Source: Dehalococcoidia bacterium
GTDB lineage: Bacteria > Chloroflexota > Dehalococcoidia > Lucifugimonadales > UBA3495
Reading direction: 5' to 3'
Assembly (NCBI GenBank): GCA_965219925.1
Contig: OZ244795.1
Location: forward strand, 1,543,395 to 1,607,394
Length of the DNA stretch: 64,000 nt
In this document: positions 1 to 10,206 of the stretch, in pieces
Position numbering within the stretch: the stretch's first letter is position 1
Layout of the letters: every line of letters begins with the position of its first letter
Program-made: the position numbers and the translations under genes
Notes under the pieces: model-generated
The model's input: the letters and a program-made list of their open reading frames with translations, nothing else
Told to the model about the DNA's origin: nothing
Databases searched by the model: none

Positions 1-541
1 GAAGGCGGTGACGGCGCTGCAAGAGCTGGGCGCTCAGGTGGAAGAAGTGTCCCTGCCCAGTCTGGAATACGTCCGGGCCGCCAACTCGGTGATCATGGTC
101 AGCGAAGCCTACGCGTATCACGAGCCGAATCTAAAAAGCCGGCCCCAGGATTTCGGCGAGATCGTACGTGGTCGATTCCGCATCGGGGCATTGATGAGTG
201 CCGCAGACTATTTGCAGGCGCAGCGCGTTCGGTCCTGGGCTCGCCGTGAGTTTGGCGAGGCGCTCAAAAAGGTAGACCTCCTGGTGACCCCCACCATGAC
301 GCAACCGGCGCCTGCCTTCGAAGGTTACGATCCAACCGCCACCGTCCGGGGGCGCAGCTTCACCGCTCCTTTCAACGTAACCGGCCTGCCGGCCATTTCA
401 GTGCCGTGCGGATTCAGCGAAGACGGGCTGCCCATCGGGATGCAGATTGCGGGCAAACCGTTCGATGAACCCGGCGTCATCCAGGCCGCGTACACGTACC
501 AGCAATATGCCCGTTGGTACGAAACCCGTCCGCCAATCTAG
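1..541 (+). CDS. amidase family protein, C-terminal part (5' end outside window)
   Basis: Frame is open to the window edge. Amidase-signature-family C-terminus: FNVTGLPAISVPCGFSEDGLPIGMQIAGKPFDE. Stop TAG at 539-541. Confidence 0.8.
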   Translation, partial: KAVTALQELGAQVEEVSLPSLEYVRAANSVIMVSEAYAYHEPNLKSRPQDFGEIVRGRFRIGALMSAADYLQAQRVRSWARREFGEALKKVDLLVTPTMTQPAPAFEGYDPTATVRGRSFTAPFNVTGLPAISVPCGFSEDGLPIGMQIAGKPFDEPGVIQAAYTYQQYARWYETRPPI

Positions 542-842
542 TGTTCAGTCCAATTAGGAGCGGCAGGGATAGAGGCGGTATGGTGGTGACGCCCGCCGCA
601 TTGCGCTCCGCCTCATAGGAGCTGATGTTTCGTTGCGGGACAGCCTCGTCGGCGTTGCGCCCCTTGAGACAGGCCCCGGTCAGCACGCTGAACTGGACCC
701 AGCCCAAATCTGATCCACGGTAGAGATCCCACGACTTGACCAACATTACAAGCATTATCTATGATGCGGACATGCCGTTTGAATATCCCTTGACAGTTGA
801 AGCTTTCTGAAACGGGAAATCCCAGACAAGGATCGAGGTTGA

Positions 843-1922
843 ATGGAAATGACTCTGCTAGGCACAATCCAACAATTGGACGCTAGTCTCAGGGTGGGAC
901 GGTTTACCAATGAGGCCGAAGTATCCACTGGCGTGGTACTCAGGATCCTCCAAGACTTGGGTTGGCCAGTGTTCGATACTTCGGTGGTTGCTCAACAATT
1001 TCGTCTGCAAACTCCTAACGGCGGGACACGGCGTGAGGATTTTGCACTATGCCGGGAGGATGGGCGTCCTTTAGTATTTATTGAGGTGAAAGCCGTCGGC
1101 AAGATTATAGGTGCTGACTTTCAACTGTTTGAGTATTGTTTCCATGGCGGCGTTCATTTCGCCGTCCTCACTGACGGTCAGGAGTGGCACTTTTACCTTC
1201 CAATGGAGGATGGGAATTATGATGACCGACGTGTTTATAAATTGGACATCCTAGAGCAAGACCACAATGAATGTTGCACGCGCTTCCAGAGGTACCTCTC
1301 TATTGAAAGCGTCAGGCAAGGCAGCAACCTTGAAAATGCTCGAAGTGACCGCAATATAGCCGATCGTTTAGTTGCGATACAGACCGCCTTGCCGCGAGCG
1401 TGGGAGACAATTCTTACGGACGCGGACGATTCTATCAGCGAGATCCTTGCGGACCAAGTTGAGGATCTATGTGGGTTCAGACCCGGTATGGACACTTGCG
1501 CCGATTTTCTCAGACAGCTCCGTCCTTCCCCCTCACCTCCAAAGCCACCGCCCCCCTTCCGGGACCCCCCAGAAGAATTGAGTTTTACCGGTTTCGTTTT
1601 CAAAGACGAACGGCGTACCTTCAGCACTGCCAGGGCAATGATGCTCGTTGTATTCGACAAGTTAGCAGAGCATGACGCCACTTTTTTGGACCGGTTCGCG
1701 AGTAGGAAACACGGTAGGAAGCGCCGCTACCTTGCACAGGATAAGTACGAACTTTATCCGGACCGCCCTGACCTTTGCGATCAAGCCAGTTCTGAATTAG
1801 CAGTAGGAGGATGGTTCATCTCCACCAATTGGGGTAAACAGGCTTGGGAGGGAATCGCTAAGCTCGCTTGTGAGGTAGCCGGGCTAAAATTTGGGAGTGA
1901 CATAGTTATAAGTTTTGTTTGA
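843..1922 (+). CDS. hypothetical protein with HsdR_N-like (PD-(D/E)xK type) N-terminal nuclease domain
   Basis: N-terminus matches the type I R-subunit N-terminal pattern (EAEVSTGVVLRILQDLGW, EDFAL, VFIEVK, FAVLTDGQEWHFY). Proline-rich linker PSPSPPKPPPPF, then an unassigned C-terminal domain. GAGG lies 5 nt before the ATG. G+C is visibly lower than in the flanks. Confidence 0.6.
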   Translation: MEMTLLGTIQQLDASLRVGRFTNEAEVSTGVVLRILQDLGWPVFDTSVVAQQFRLQTPNGGTRREDFALCREDGRPLVFIEVKAVGKIIGADFQLFEYCFHGGVHFAVLTDGQEWHFYLPMEDGNYDDRRVYKLDILEQDHNECCTRFQRYLSIESVRQGSNLENARSDRNIADRLVAIQTALPRAWETILTDADDSISEILADQVEDLCGFRPGMDTCADFLRQLRPSPSPPKPPPPFRDPPEELSFTGFVFKDERRTFSTARAMMLVVFDKLAEHDATFLDRFASRKHGRKRRYLAQDKYELYPDRPDLCDQASSELAVGGWFISTNWGKQAWEGIAKLACEVAGLKFGSDIVISFV

Positions 1923-2475
1923 CCACACGTTAAAGCATGTGTGCATTCAGATTGTATAGGTTTATGGCGGCTGATTCCTTCGCCTAACGGATTGTGGCAG
2001 GGCAATCGCGTCTTATTCAATACGGCATAGAGAATATCAATCCGACTGATAACACCTACGGGGCACCCGTATAATTAACGCTCCCAGGCAGATTATTGGA
2101 GCCTTTTTCACATCGAACTGGCTGCGTTTCGAGTGCCGGACGCTATCTCAAGGGCATTTATACCATCCAAAACGCTGAAAATCAGGCCGTTGCACCGTTA
2201 CGAATTAAGACGTGATTGCCCTGTGGATTGTGGTGGTTTTCTGTCGAACCTACCGGATATCCAATTCCCTCGTCTGGCGGGATCCCAGGCGTTAGCGGCT
2301 TGGTTGACGCCGTCCAGACGCTGCCTCGGTTCATTCGGGACAGCAAAAATTGACAGAGCATTCTTACTGCACGGCCCGTACGACTCGACAATGCACGGAA
2401 CGAAAAGGTCATGCAGACGATGGGAAAACCCGGTTGGTATGACGGCGGGTTATGCGCGGATTCCGAGGTTGGCGG

Positions 2476-3399
2476 TTATGCGGGATGCTGTTCCAGTCGT
2501 CGGAATTTTTCCAGTTGGTCGATGAGTTGCGCTGGATTGGCCGCCCTCGGTTCCACGACGAGGTAGGTTAGACCGGCGGCGGCGTATTCTTTTATGTCGC
2601 TGGAAACCTGTTCAGCTGATCCGCGTAACGGTGTTCTTCCCGCGCCGTTCATTGGTTGGTCGGTGATGTCCACGCCGGCTCTCAGGGAGAATTCGAACCC
2701 GTTTGCGGGTAATCCGGCGTCCGAGCGCATCTGCAGGACCCGCCGGGCCACTTGCTCCACATCTGCCGGCGATTGCCGAACACCGTGCCAGCCGTCCCCG
2801 AGGCGGGCGGCCCGACGCAGAGCGGGGGCGGAAGTGCCACCCGTCCAGATTGGCGGCCGGGGCTGCCGGGTCGGGTGTGGTGTCATGGCAAGTCCGGAAA
2901 CGTTGAAATGCCGTCCCGAGTAGTTCGGAGTGCGTTCGGTCCAAAATGCGCGCAGCAGGTCGATATGCTCGTCTGTCACGGAACCGCGCACCGCAAAATC
3001 GACGCCAAGAGCAGCAAATTCTTCTGCCATCCACCCCACGCCGGCGCCTACGATCAATCTGCCTCGCGAAATCACGTCCAGTGTTCCCAGCATCTTCGCG
3101 TTGAGGACCGGATGCCGGTAAGGCAGGACGAGCACACTAAACCCCAGGTCTACCCGTTCGGTCACTGCGGCCAGGTAGGCTAACGTCGTAACTGGTTCCA
3201 GGATTGGGTCGTCAACCGACAATGCGAATCGGCCGTCGCTCCGGTAGGGGTATCTGGAACGCAGATCGGTGGGCAGGGCAATGTGGTCGCTCAGGAATAT
3301 TCCGTCGAAACCCATTTCCTCCGCTCGTTGCGCCACATCGGTAAGGGCGTCAATTTCCGCCATCGGCCCAACGTTGGGTAAGATCACGCCGTATTTCAT
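2476..3399 (-). CDS. LLM class (luciferase-like) F420-dependent oxidoreductase
   Basis: MKYGVILPNVGPMAEIDALTDVAQRAEEMGFDGIFLSDHIALP is typical of the LLM family. Start chosen at the internal ATG 3399, which is preceded by GAGG; the ORF track extends to 3459. Confidence 0.8.
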   Translation of the reverse strand: MKYGVILPNVGPMAEIDALTDVAQRAEEMGFDGIFLSDHIALPTDLRSRYPYRSDGRFALSVDDPILEPVTTLAYLAAVTERVDLGFSVLVLPYRHPVLNAKMLGTLDVISRGRLIVGAGVGWMAEEFAALGVDFAVRGSVTDEHIDLLRAFWTERTPNYSGRHFNVSGLAMTPHPTRQPRPPIWTGGTSAPALRRAARLGDGWHGVRQSPADVEQVARRVLQMRSDAGLPANGFEFSLRAGVDITDQPMNGAGRTPLRGSAEQVSSDIKEYAAAGLTYLVVEPRAANPAQLIDQLEKFRRLEQHPA

Positions 3400-3478
3400 T
3401 CGAACCTCGGCACTGGCAAAATCGTGCTGAACGATCGGTTGGCCGCTGTGTGTGGGCATCTTGCTGCTTCGCGTTTGG

Positions 3479-3508
3479 TTGACACTCCGGGGAACCCGAT
3501 GCTAGCAT
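3479..3508 (+). promoter_or_regulatory. sigma70-like promoter candidate upstream of citrate synthase
   Basis: TTGACA (3479-3484), 18-nt spacer, TAGCAT (3503-3508). AAGGAGG RBS lies just before ATG 3696. Confidence 0.3.
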
Positions 3509-3695
3509 ATTTCACCGCATGGCCGAACACCTTGAAACCATACCTTCGCACGGGCATGTGATGATGAATATCCAGATATTTTGACCGCTTGCATCCGCGG
3601 GGCTCAATGAAGCGAGTATCTCATTTCCCGTCTAAGCAGCAAGTAACCTGCGCCGGCCGGCCAAGTACGACCGTGCACTGAATCCAAGGAGGACG

Positions 3696-4835
3696 ATGAT
3701 GGCCGATCAACCCGAACTACATCGCGGTTTGATGAACGTTTATATGGACAACACGGAGTCCAGCTTCATCGACGGGGATATCGGAAAACTGTTGTATCGG
3801 GGATACGACATCCACGATTTGGCGGAAAAGTCCACCTTTGAGGAGATCGTCTACCTGGTGCTGTACGGCGAATTGCCGAACCATGCCCAGCTGGAAGAGC
3901 TGGATGGTTACCTGCGCGCCAATCGACGCATTCCTGATGAGATCATCACTGTAATCGATGCAGTCCAGTCCGCCCATCCCATGGATGTTTTGCAAACCGC
4001 GATGATAGGACTGGCCGCCTTCGACGAAGAATCTGAGGATAACTCCAAAGAAGCCAACATCCGCAAAGCGCTTCGGCTTACGGCCAAGGCTCCCACCATA
4101 GTTACGGCTCATCACCGCGTGCGCTCCGGCCTTGAGCCGGTGGCGCCTAATCCCGACCTTAATCATGCCGGCAACTTCCTCTTTATGTTGTTCAACGAAA
4201 TCCCGGACGACGAGACCGTCTCTCTCATGGATGTGGACTTCATACTCCACGCCGAACATGGTGTTAACGCCTCATCCTTTGCGGCCCGTGTCAGCGCCTC
4301 CACCAACTCTACGTTGCATGCAGCAGTGTCCGGAGCAGTCGGTGCGCTCAAGGGTCCCGCCCACGGCGGGGCTGCCGAAGAAGTAATGAAGATGTCCATA
4401 GAGATCGGCAATCCGGAAAACGCCGAAGAATACGCCCGCAAAAAGTTGGACAACCGCGAACGGATCATGGGTTTTGGACACCGAGTCTACCGGGCTGAGG
4501 ATCCAAGGGCGCGACACCTGCGCGAACGATCGCAGGCGCTGGGAGAGAAACGCGGCGATCCTCGCTGGTTCCAGATTCTCACCCACCTTTCCGAAGACGT
4601 GATGGCTCCCTACCGCGACCGCGGCATCTACGTTAACGTTGACTTCTACGCCGGTTCGATCTACCACCTGCTGGGGATCCCTTCCGACCTGTTCATCCCC
4701 ATTTTTGCTTTGGGACGGGTGCCAGGCTGGTCTGCCCAGTGCATTGAGCAATACGAAAACAACATCCTGTTGCGCCCTCGGCTGCACTACGTCGGCCCGA
4801 TGGACCGTGAATACGTGCCCATCGACGAACGGTAA
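3696..4835 (+). CDS. citrate synthase (short, about 380-aa type)
   Basis: Citrate synthase signature GFGHRVYRAEDPRA and catalytic-region sequence HAEHGVNASSF. Full-length ORF with a strong RBS. Confidence 0.9.
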   Translation: MMADQPELHRGLMNVYMDNTESSFIDGDIGKLLYRGYDIHDLAEKSTFEEIVYLVLYGELPNHAQLEELDGYLRANRRIPDEIITVIDAVQSAHPMDVLQTAMIGLAAFDEESEDNSKEANIRKALRLTAKAPTIVTAHHRVRSGLEPVAPNPDLNHAGNFLFMLFNEIPDDETVSLMDVDFILHAEHGVNASSFAARVSASTNSTLHAAVSGAVGALKGPAHGGAAEEVMKMSIEIGNPENAEEYARKKLDNRERIMGFGHRVYRAEDPRARHLRERSQALGEKRGDPRWFQILTHLSEDVMAPYRDRGIYVNVDFYAGSIYHLLGIPSDLFIPIFALGRVPGWSAQCIEQYENNILLRPRLHYVGPMDREYVPIDER

Positions 4836-4859
4836 TACCGGGGCAGTTTTTGAAATCAT

Positions 4860-4889
4860 TCGGGCCGGCGTCGCGAAACGTCGGCCCGA
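4860..4889. terminator. hairpin between convergent genes (possible bidirectional terminator)
   Basis: TCGGGCCGGCG / CGTCGGCCCGA arms (one mismatch) with an 8-nt loop. No clear T-tract. Confidence 0.35.
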
Positions 4890-4931
4890 TGCAGTTAATG
4901 AAGCAGCTAAGAGGTTGTCGCGCCCGACAGC

Positions 4932-5582
4932 CTAGGGATAAACCTCCAGATTGCCCAGGTGCACTTCAGCAAGTATCGCCGGTTTGTCGCCATCGTGGCT
5001 GTGATCGCCCTGTTGGCTGTCGGCATTTTCATCGTCGTGTTTTTCCTCTAACGCGGTGGTCTCGTTGCCATTGGCAGTTCCTTGGTCGTGGCCGATGGTG
5101 TCGGGCGGTTCACTGGCGTACACATGGAAGTTGATCCCAAACGCCCCAGCGGTGACGGCCGGGAATGTCAGGGAGCTGACACGGTTCGGAGACACCCCGA
5201 CGGTCAGATCGTAACCGTGCAGGTGAATCTCGCCCGGTTCGTCTGCAGTGAAATTGAGTCTGACCGTGTCTCCCCGATCGACCTTCAGATCTTCGCGCGT
5301 CAGCGGTGTGCTGCGCTCGACGATGGTGAAGTCAATCACGACGGCATCATCCGGAACGACCGCGCCGTTGTCCTGAGCGCCCGATTGATGGCTCAAATTG
5401 CCGTTGTGGGTGTGGGCATACTGGGTTGCTACTGAACTTGCAGCAACTGTTCCGGCCGGGTCGCCATCGGAGCCGCTCGCCCCATTGGGTTGGTCGTTTG
5501 AACGGCAGCCGGTGAGCAGCACCGTCAGCCCGATGGCCAGGGCAGCGACCACCCAAAATGTATGTAGGTAGTTTCGTTGCAT
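4932..5582 (-). CDS. lipoprotein with cupredoxin-like domain and His/Asp-rich insert
   Basis: Signal peptide with lipobox (LLTGC). GEIHLHGYD motif and an LEVYP C-terminus. HDDENADSQQGDHSHDGD stretch. GGAGG lies 8 nt before ATG 5582. Confidence 0.6.
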   Translation of the reverse strand: MQRNYLHTFWVVAALAIGLTVLLTGCRSNDQPNGASGSDGDPAGTVAASSVATQYAHTHNGNLSHQSGAQDNGAVVPDDAVVIDFTIVERSTPLTREDLKVDRGDTVRLNFTADEPGEIHLHGYDLTVGVSPNRVSSLTFPAVTAGAFGINFHVYASEPPDTIGHDQGTANGNETTALEEKHDDENADSQQGDHSHDGDKPAILAEVHLGNLEVYP

Positions 5583-5666
5583 CGCAAATAACCTCCGCAA
5601 TAAGCGCCCGCCCGCGCTTGTCTCTCGAATCGCGAACGGCGGTAATTTGTTATATGGGGAGCGATA

Positions 5667-6113
5667 CTAGACGATTGGGGGCGGAATGGGCGGTGGCGTG
5701 TGTATCCCGTTGAGGGTAGCAGCGCGGTGACCCGATTTTAGTAACGGGTTTCGGTCGGAGCAGTGGGGCGACACCGGGCGGAGTCTCTCCGGGTTGTCGT
5801 GGTAGGACGCCAATAGGACGGGAAGGAAAACGTTGGCAGTCGTCAATGCCAGGAACGCGATACCGTCGCTTCCTGCTTTCCTGCTATCCGCTCCGGTCAC
5901 GGTTGTTCCGTGATGTTGGCGACCCTGTGTGTCGTAGTAGTGTTGATGCTCAGAAAGCGCGCCGTTTAGCAAGAAGTGCTGATGCGTATGCGTTCGCTCG
6001 GCGAAATGGTGATCGTCCAGCGGCCCGACCACCGGCAATGTCAGCCCAACGAGCGCCACCGCCAACAGTAGTAACGCTGCTCTGGTGGGTCGTTCGCTGC
6101 GACGCAATGACAT
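5667..6113 (-). CDS. His-rich small membrane protein
   Basis: Two hydrophobic segments flank the loop DDHHFAERTHTHQHF...EHQHYYDTQGRQHH. Lies directly upstream of, and co-oriented with, the lipoprotein gene. Confidence 0.45.
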   Translation of the reverse strand: MSLRRSERPTRAALLLLAVALVGLTLPVVGPLDDHHFAERTHTHQHFLLNGALSEHQHYYDTQGRQHHGTTVTGADSRKAGSDGIAFLALTTANVFLPVLLASYHDNPERLRPVSPHCSDRNPLLKSGHRAATLNGIHTPPPIPPPIV

Positions 6114-6328
6114 GTTGATCGGGGGGCAGTTTTGGAATCTGGACTATCGCGGTGAATCGGGGCGTCCGAACTCGCTGCGCCGTTGACAGACAACAAAATG
6201 ATAACAGATAATGTCTGCCAAACTTGCTGAGTGCTGGCAGGCCCTGCTTTGGGGTGTGAGCACGTTCATCATACGAATTGCGAAACTATTTCGCAGATAA
6301 CTCCAAACACTATCAAGGAGGCTAAACG

Positions 6329-7732
6329 ATGGCGTCACAGGACATCGCTCTGATGGCACATTTGATGCGTCGTGCCGGCTTCGGGGCCACCCGAGAAGAG
6401 CTGGAAATCCGCGTTGCCAACGGCTACGAGGCAACCGTCGACGAGTTGTTGAATCCCGAGAGCCAACCAGCCATTGACCGCTACGAGTTGGTCCGGTATC
6501 AACCCTGGACCTGGCGTCCCGGTACCATCCAGGGGATGGGTTCGGCCGAATGGCTCCACTTCATGATCAACACCAAGCGCCCCCTTGAAGAGAAAATGGC
6601 GCTCTTCTGGCACCAGGTGTTCGCTACCGGCGTGTCCAAGGTCGACCACTACGACGAGATCACTCGAATGGTGGCGCTGTTCCGGGAAAAGGGCATGGGC
6701 AGCTACAAAAATTTGTTGCTCGAGATAGCAAAAAACCCGGCGATGATCTACTGGCTCGATAACTTCGAGAACCATGCCGACGCCGTCAACGAAAACTGGG
6801 GCCGCGAGTTGCTGGAACTGTTCAGCATGGGCGTTGGCACCTACACCGAGGTCGATGTCCGGGAGGCTTCTCGCGCCTTCACCGGCTGGACGGTTGAACC
6901 CAAGCTGCCCCGTGGCCCCATTGGTCGCCACGACTGGAATTTCAAGTACCTTCCCGAGGATCACGACCAAGGCGAGAAAACCTTCCTCGGTGAGACCGGG
7001 AACCTCGACGGCGATGACATCATCAATATCATCTGCGAACACCCGGCGACCGCTGCGTTTATCGCTCGGCACCTCTACAACTTCTTCGTGGCTGACGAAG
7101 CGCAGGTTCCGGCCTGGCAGGTCACTCCGCCCAAGGATGAGGATGCCATTGAGTTGCTCACCGATGCCTTCATCGAATCCGATGGCAATCTGACCGCCGT
7201 GTTGCGGGTCCTGTTCAACAGCGACTTCTTCAAGAATGCCCGCTACGCCCGCCTCAAGAACCCCGCCGAAGTGGTCGTAGGCACGTTGCGTCTGGTTGGC
7301 GGGCATGAATTCCCCGCGCCGGGCCTTGGCGAAATGGCCCGTCAACCCACCTACATGGGTCAGGATCTGTTGAACCCACCCAGCGTAGAGGGTTGGCACA
7401 CCGGTGTAGAGTGGATCAATAGCGGCTCTCTGATGCGCCGCATTAACTTCACCGCCGCCATGGTCAGCGACGTGAATCGCCCCGGAATCCGCACCATGAT
7501 CGACCGGCTCCAGGCTGAGGGTGACCTTTCGCCCGCCAAACTGGTGGACGGTTGTCTCGATCTGATGGGCCCGCTGGAAGTGGATGATGCAACCCGTCAG
7601 GAGTTGATTGCCCACGCCGAAACTGATGGCAACATCCTATGGGCTACGTCAGCCGACGTCGAAAACGGCGAACGGCGTATCTCAGAGATGCTGCAGCTGA
7701 TCGTCTCCCTGCGTGACTATCAGTACGCTTAA
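6329..7732 (+). CDS. DUF1800 domain protein
   Basis: The N-terminal HLMRRAGFGATREELE pattern and overall length are typical of DUF1800. Followed by its usual DUF1501 partner. Confidence 0.75.
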   Translation: MASQDIALMAHLMRRAGFGATREELEIRVANGYEATVDELLNPESQPAIDRYELVRYQPWTWRPGTIQGMGSAEWLHFMINTKRPLEEKMALFWHQVFATGVSKVDHYDEITRMVALFREKGMGSYKNLLLEIAKNPAMIYWLDNFENHADAVNENWGRELLELFSMGVGTYTEVDVREASRAFTGWTVEPKLPRGPIGRHDWNFKYLPEDHDQGEKTFLGETGNLDGDDIINIICEHPATAAFIARHLYNFFVADEAQVPAWQVTPPKDEDAIELLTDAFIESDGNLTAVLRVLFNSDFFKNARYARLKNPAEVVVGTLRLVGGHEFPAPGLGEMARQPTYMGQDLLNPPSVEGWHTGVEWINSGSLMRRINFTAAMVSDVNRPGIRTMIDRLQAEGDLSPAKLVDGCLDLMGPLEVDDATRQELIAHAETDGNILWATSADVENGERRISEMLQLIVSLRDYQYA

Positions 7733-7782
7733 TCTCCAACGTTACATTCTGCGAAAATCGTAAACGCACAGGAGCGACCGAT

Positions 7783-8910
7783 ATGACCGCAACGAAAAAA
7801 GACCCGGTGATCGTAGTCCTGCAGCTAACCGGCGGCAACGACTACATGAACACCGTGATTCCCTACGCCGATCCCCTCTATCGAGACAACCGTCCGGTGG
7901 TCGGGGTCCCCGATGACCGCATCGTCAAGCTGAACGATAGCATCGGCTTCCATCCGGAAGTCGGTCCGCTGAAGCGGTTTTGGGATGCGGGAGACATGGC
8001 CATCATTCATGGCGTCGGTTACGCCAATAGCCCTCGCAGCCATTTCCGCAGCATGGACATCTGGCACACGTGCGAACCGGACAAGCTGGGTACGGAAGGG
8101 TGGTTGGGCCGCGCCACGCGCGATATGGATCCCAACAAGAGCAATGTCATTACGGCGGTAAACTTCGGACCCAGCCTTCCCCGAGCCCTCGTGCTCCCTG
8201 GCGTGCCGGTGGCCTGCATCGACGATCTGGACAACTTCGGGATGCTAACCAGCATCCAGGAGGAAATCCAGCGAGACAAGATCATCAACCGGTTCACCCG
8301 CCTCTACTCGCCCACCATCGGCAGCGGATTCGTAATGGATTACCTGGGCCAGACCGGTTTGGACAGCCTCAAAGCCGCCGATATCCTCAAGGCCGCCCCC
8401 CAACTATACAACAGCGCCGTCGAGTATCCGGATACCCCGATAGCCCGTAAGCTCAAGGGCATTTCCCAAGTGCACCAGGCTGACCTCGGCACGCGCGTGT
8501 TCTACTGCGACCACGGTAGCTTCGACAGTCACTCCAACCAGGTTGGGATGCACGACGGTCTGTGGCGAGATGTTTCCGCAGCGGTCGGCAGCTTCTTCGA
8601 CGATCTGCGTGAAAACGATGCCAGTGACAACGTCATTCTACTGATGTTCACCGAGTTTGGTCGCCGTGTCCACGACAACGGCAGCGGTACTGACCATGGA
8701 GCAGCCGGTTTGGTGTTCGTAATGGGAGACCAGGTGACCGGTGGCGAATATGGTGAATACCCGTCGTCCCGCCCGGAAAACCTGGAACAGGGAGACCTTG
8801 TCCCGAGCACCGACTTCCGCAGCGTGTATTCAACGATTGTAGAAGATTGGCTTGGGCTTGATGCTCAACCCATAGTGGGCGGCACGTTCGAAAAGGCTCG
8901 GTTCATCTAA
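7783..8910 (+). CDS. DUF1501 domain protein (sulfatase-like fold)
   Basis: LQLTGGNDYMNTVIPY, FDSHSNQ and EFGRRV...GTDHG motifs are typical of DUF1501. No Tat/Sec signal is visible. Confidence 0.75.
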   Translation: MTATKKDPVIVVLQLTGGNDYMNTVIPYADPLYRDNRPVVGVPDDRIVKLNDSIGFHPEVGPLKRFWDAGDMAIIHGVGYANSPRSHFRSMDIWHTCEPDKLGTEGWLGRATRDMDPNKSNVITAVNFGPSLPRALVLPGVPVACIDDLDNFGMLTSIQEEIQRDKIINRFTRLYSPTIGSGFVMDYLGQTGLDSLKAADILKAAPQLYNSAVEYPDTPIARKLKGISQVHQADLGTRVFYCDHGSFDSHSNQVGMHDGLWRDVSAAVGSFFDDLRENDASDNVILLMFTEFGRRVHDNGSGTDHGAAGLVFVMGDQVTGGEYGEYPSSRPENLEQGDLVPSTDFRSVYSTIVEDWLGLDAQPIVGGTFEKARFI

Positions 8911-9066
8911 AAACGCGTCGACCGGTTCCGGTTGATCGGGACCTCCCAGAGGGCAACAACAACCGGGGTCAGTGGGTTTTAACTCTGCTGGCCCCGTCAA
9001 CTTGCGCTCAGGCATCCCCAATAACCGGACTCAAAACCAACAACACTACAGTGAGCAGGTAAAACT

Positions 9067-10131
9067 ATGCTAACGCAAATAGCGAAAGGGCGCGTGTATG
9101 ACTACAGCCACTCTGTGGGCCGCGGCGCCGCATCCGGTATGGGTTTCAGCCAGCCGACTGCAATGGCCCTGGATGGAAATACCATCTACGTATTGAATCG
9201 TGGCATCGAAGGAATCTCGAATGTCCCCTGGAATCGGGTGGCGTATGGCGCTCGGGTCAGCATCATTGACCTTGGCGACGAACCCGGCGACGAAGAGTTT
9301 ACTGGCGAGTTCGGTAAATACGGCGACCGCGAGGGGGAGTTTATCTGGCCGTCGGGAATGGTATTGGCCACAGATGGAAATCTGTACGTCTCGGACGAGT
9401 GGATGAATCAGATTTCGGTATTTTCCACCGACGGCACTTTCCTGCGCCGTTGGCGCGCCGCTCCGCAGGACGATGGCGCCGACCACGGTACCGCCAGCGT
9501 CGCATGTGACGGTGACGGCAACATCTATTGCACCGATGGCCGCAGTCACGAGGTGCGTAAATTCACTGCCAACGGCGAACTGATTACCAGTTGGGGATCA
9601 TTGGGCGATGGCAATGGCGAGTTCAATTCTCCGTGGGGAATAACTGTTGACCGGACTGACGGCTCCGTGTACGTGGCCGATCATCGCAACCATCGGGTGC
9701 AAAAGTTTACCGCCGACGGCCAGTGGCTGGCTCAGTTCGGGGAGCCGGGTTCCGGCCGTGGACAGATGCACTTGCCGATCAAGGTTACCGTCGATACCCA
9801 GGGTGATGTGTACGTCGCCGACTGGAGCGATAACGGAATGCACCCGGGTCGGGTCCACGTCTTCGACCACGACGGGAATTTCATCATTTCCCTGATCGGC
9901 GATGCCCAGCAATTGAGCAAGTGGGCCGACATGACGGTTGTTGCCAATGCCGACTACCTGAAACGCCGGCGAGAGGTTCCAACCACCGAATCGGAGTGGC
10001 GATTCGCCTTGCCTACTGACGTAATGTATGACCCGGACAGCAGGCGACTGGTAGTGCTGGACTCCCAGCGCAGCCGGTTGCAGATTTATAACAAGATGGA
10101 AAACTACCTGGTTCCGCAGATGAATCTGTAG
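9067..10131 (+). CDS. NHL repeat beta-propeller protein
   Basis: Repeated units of the form G.FN.PWGI.VD..G.VYVAD..NHRVQKF. Confidence 0.75.
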   Translation: MLTQIAKGRVYDYSHSVGRGAASGMGFSQPTAMALDGNTIYVLNRGIEGISNVPWNRVAYGARVSIIDLGDEPGDEEFTGEFGKYGDREGEFIWPSGMVLATDGNLYVSDEWMNQISVFSTDGTFLRRWRAAPQDDGADHGTASVACDGDGNIYCTDGRSHEVRKFTANGELITSWGSLGDGNGEFNSPWGITVDRTDGSVYVADHRNHRVQKFTADGQWLAQFGEPGSGRGQMHLPIKVTVDTQGDVYVADWSDNGMHPGRVHVFDHDGNFIISLIGDAQQLSKWADMTVVANADYLKRRREVPTTESEWRFALPTDVMYDPDSRRLVVLDSQRSRLQIYNKMENYLVPQMNL

Positions 10132-10144
10132 TCGACGATGTTGG

Positions 10145-10182
10145 TGCGGGTTGCCGGAACATGCCGGATTCGGTAACCCGCA
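10145..10182 (+). terminator. hairpin after the NHL gene
   Basis: TGCGGGTTGCCG ... CGGTAACCCGCA, a 12-bp stem with one mismatch. Confidence 0.3.
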
Positions 10183-10206
10183 TCGTGGCTCCACAGTCGT
10201 GCGACG

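Noticed and set aside
1923-2475. ORFs 2133-2525 (+) and 2182-2412 (-) in the gap between the nuclease-like gene and the LLM gene.
   Set aside because: They have no RBS, odd composition and no motifs, and one overlaps the LLM gene's 3' end. The region is treated as non-coding.
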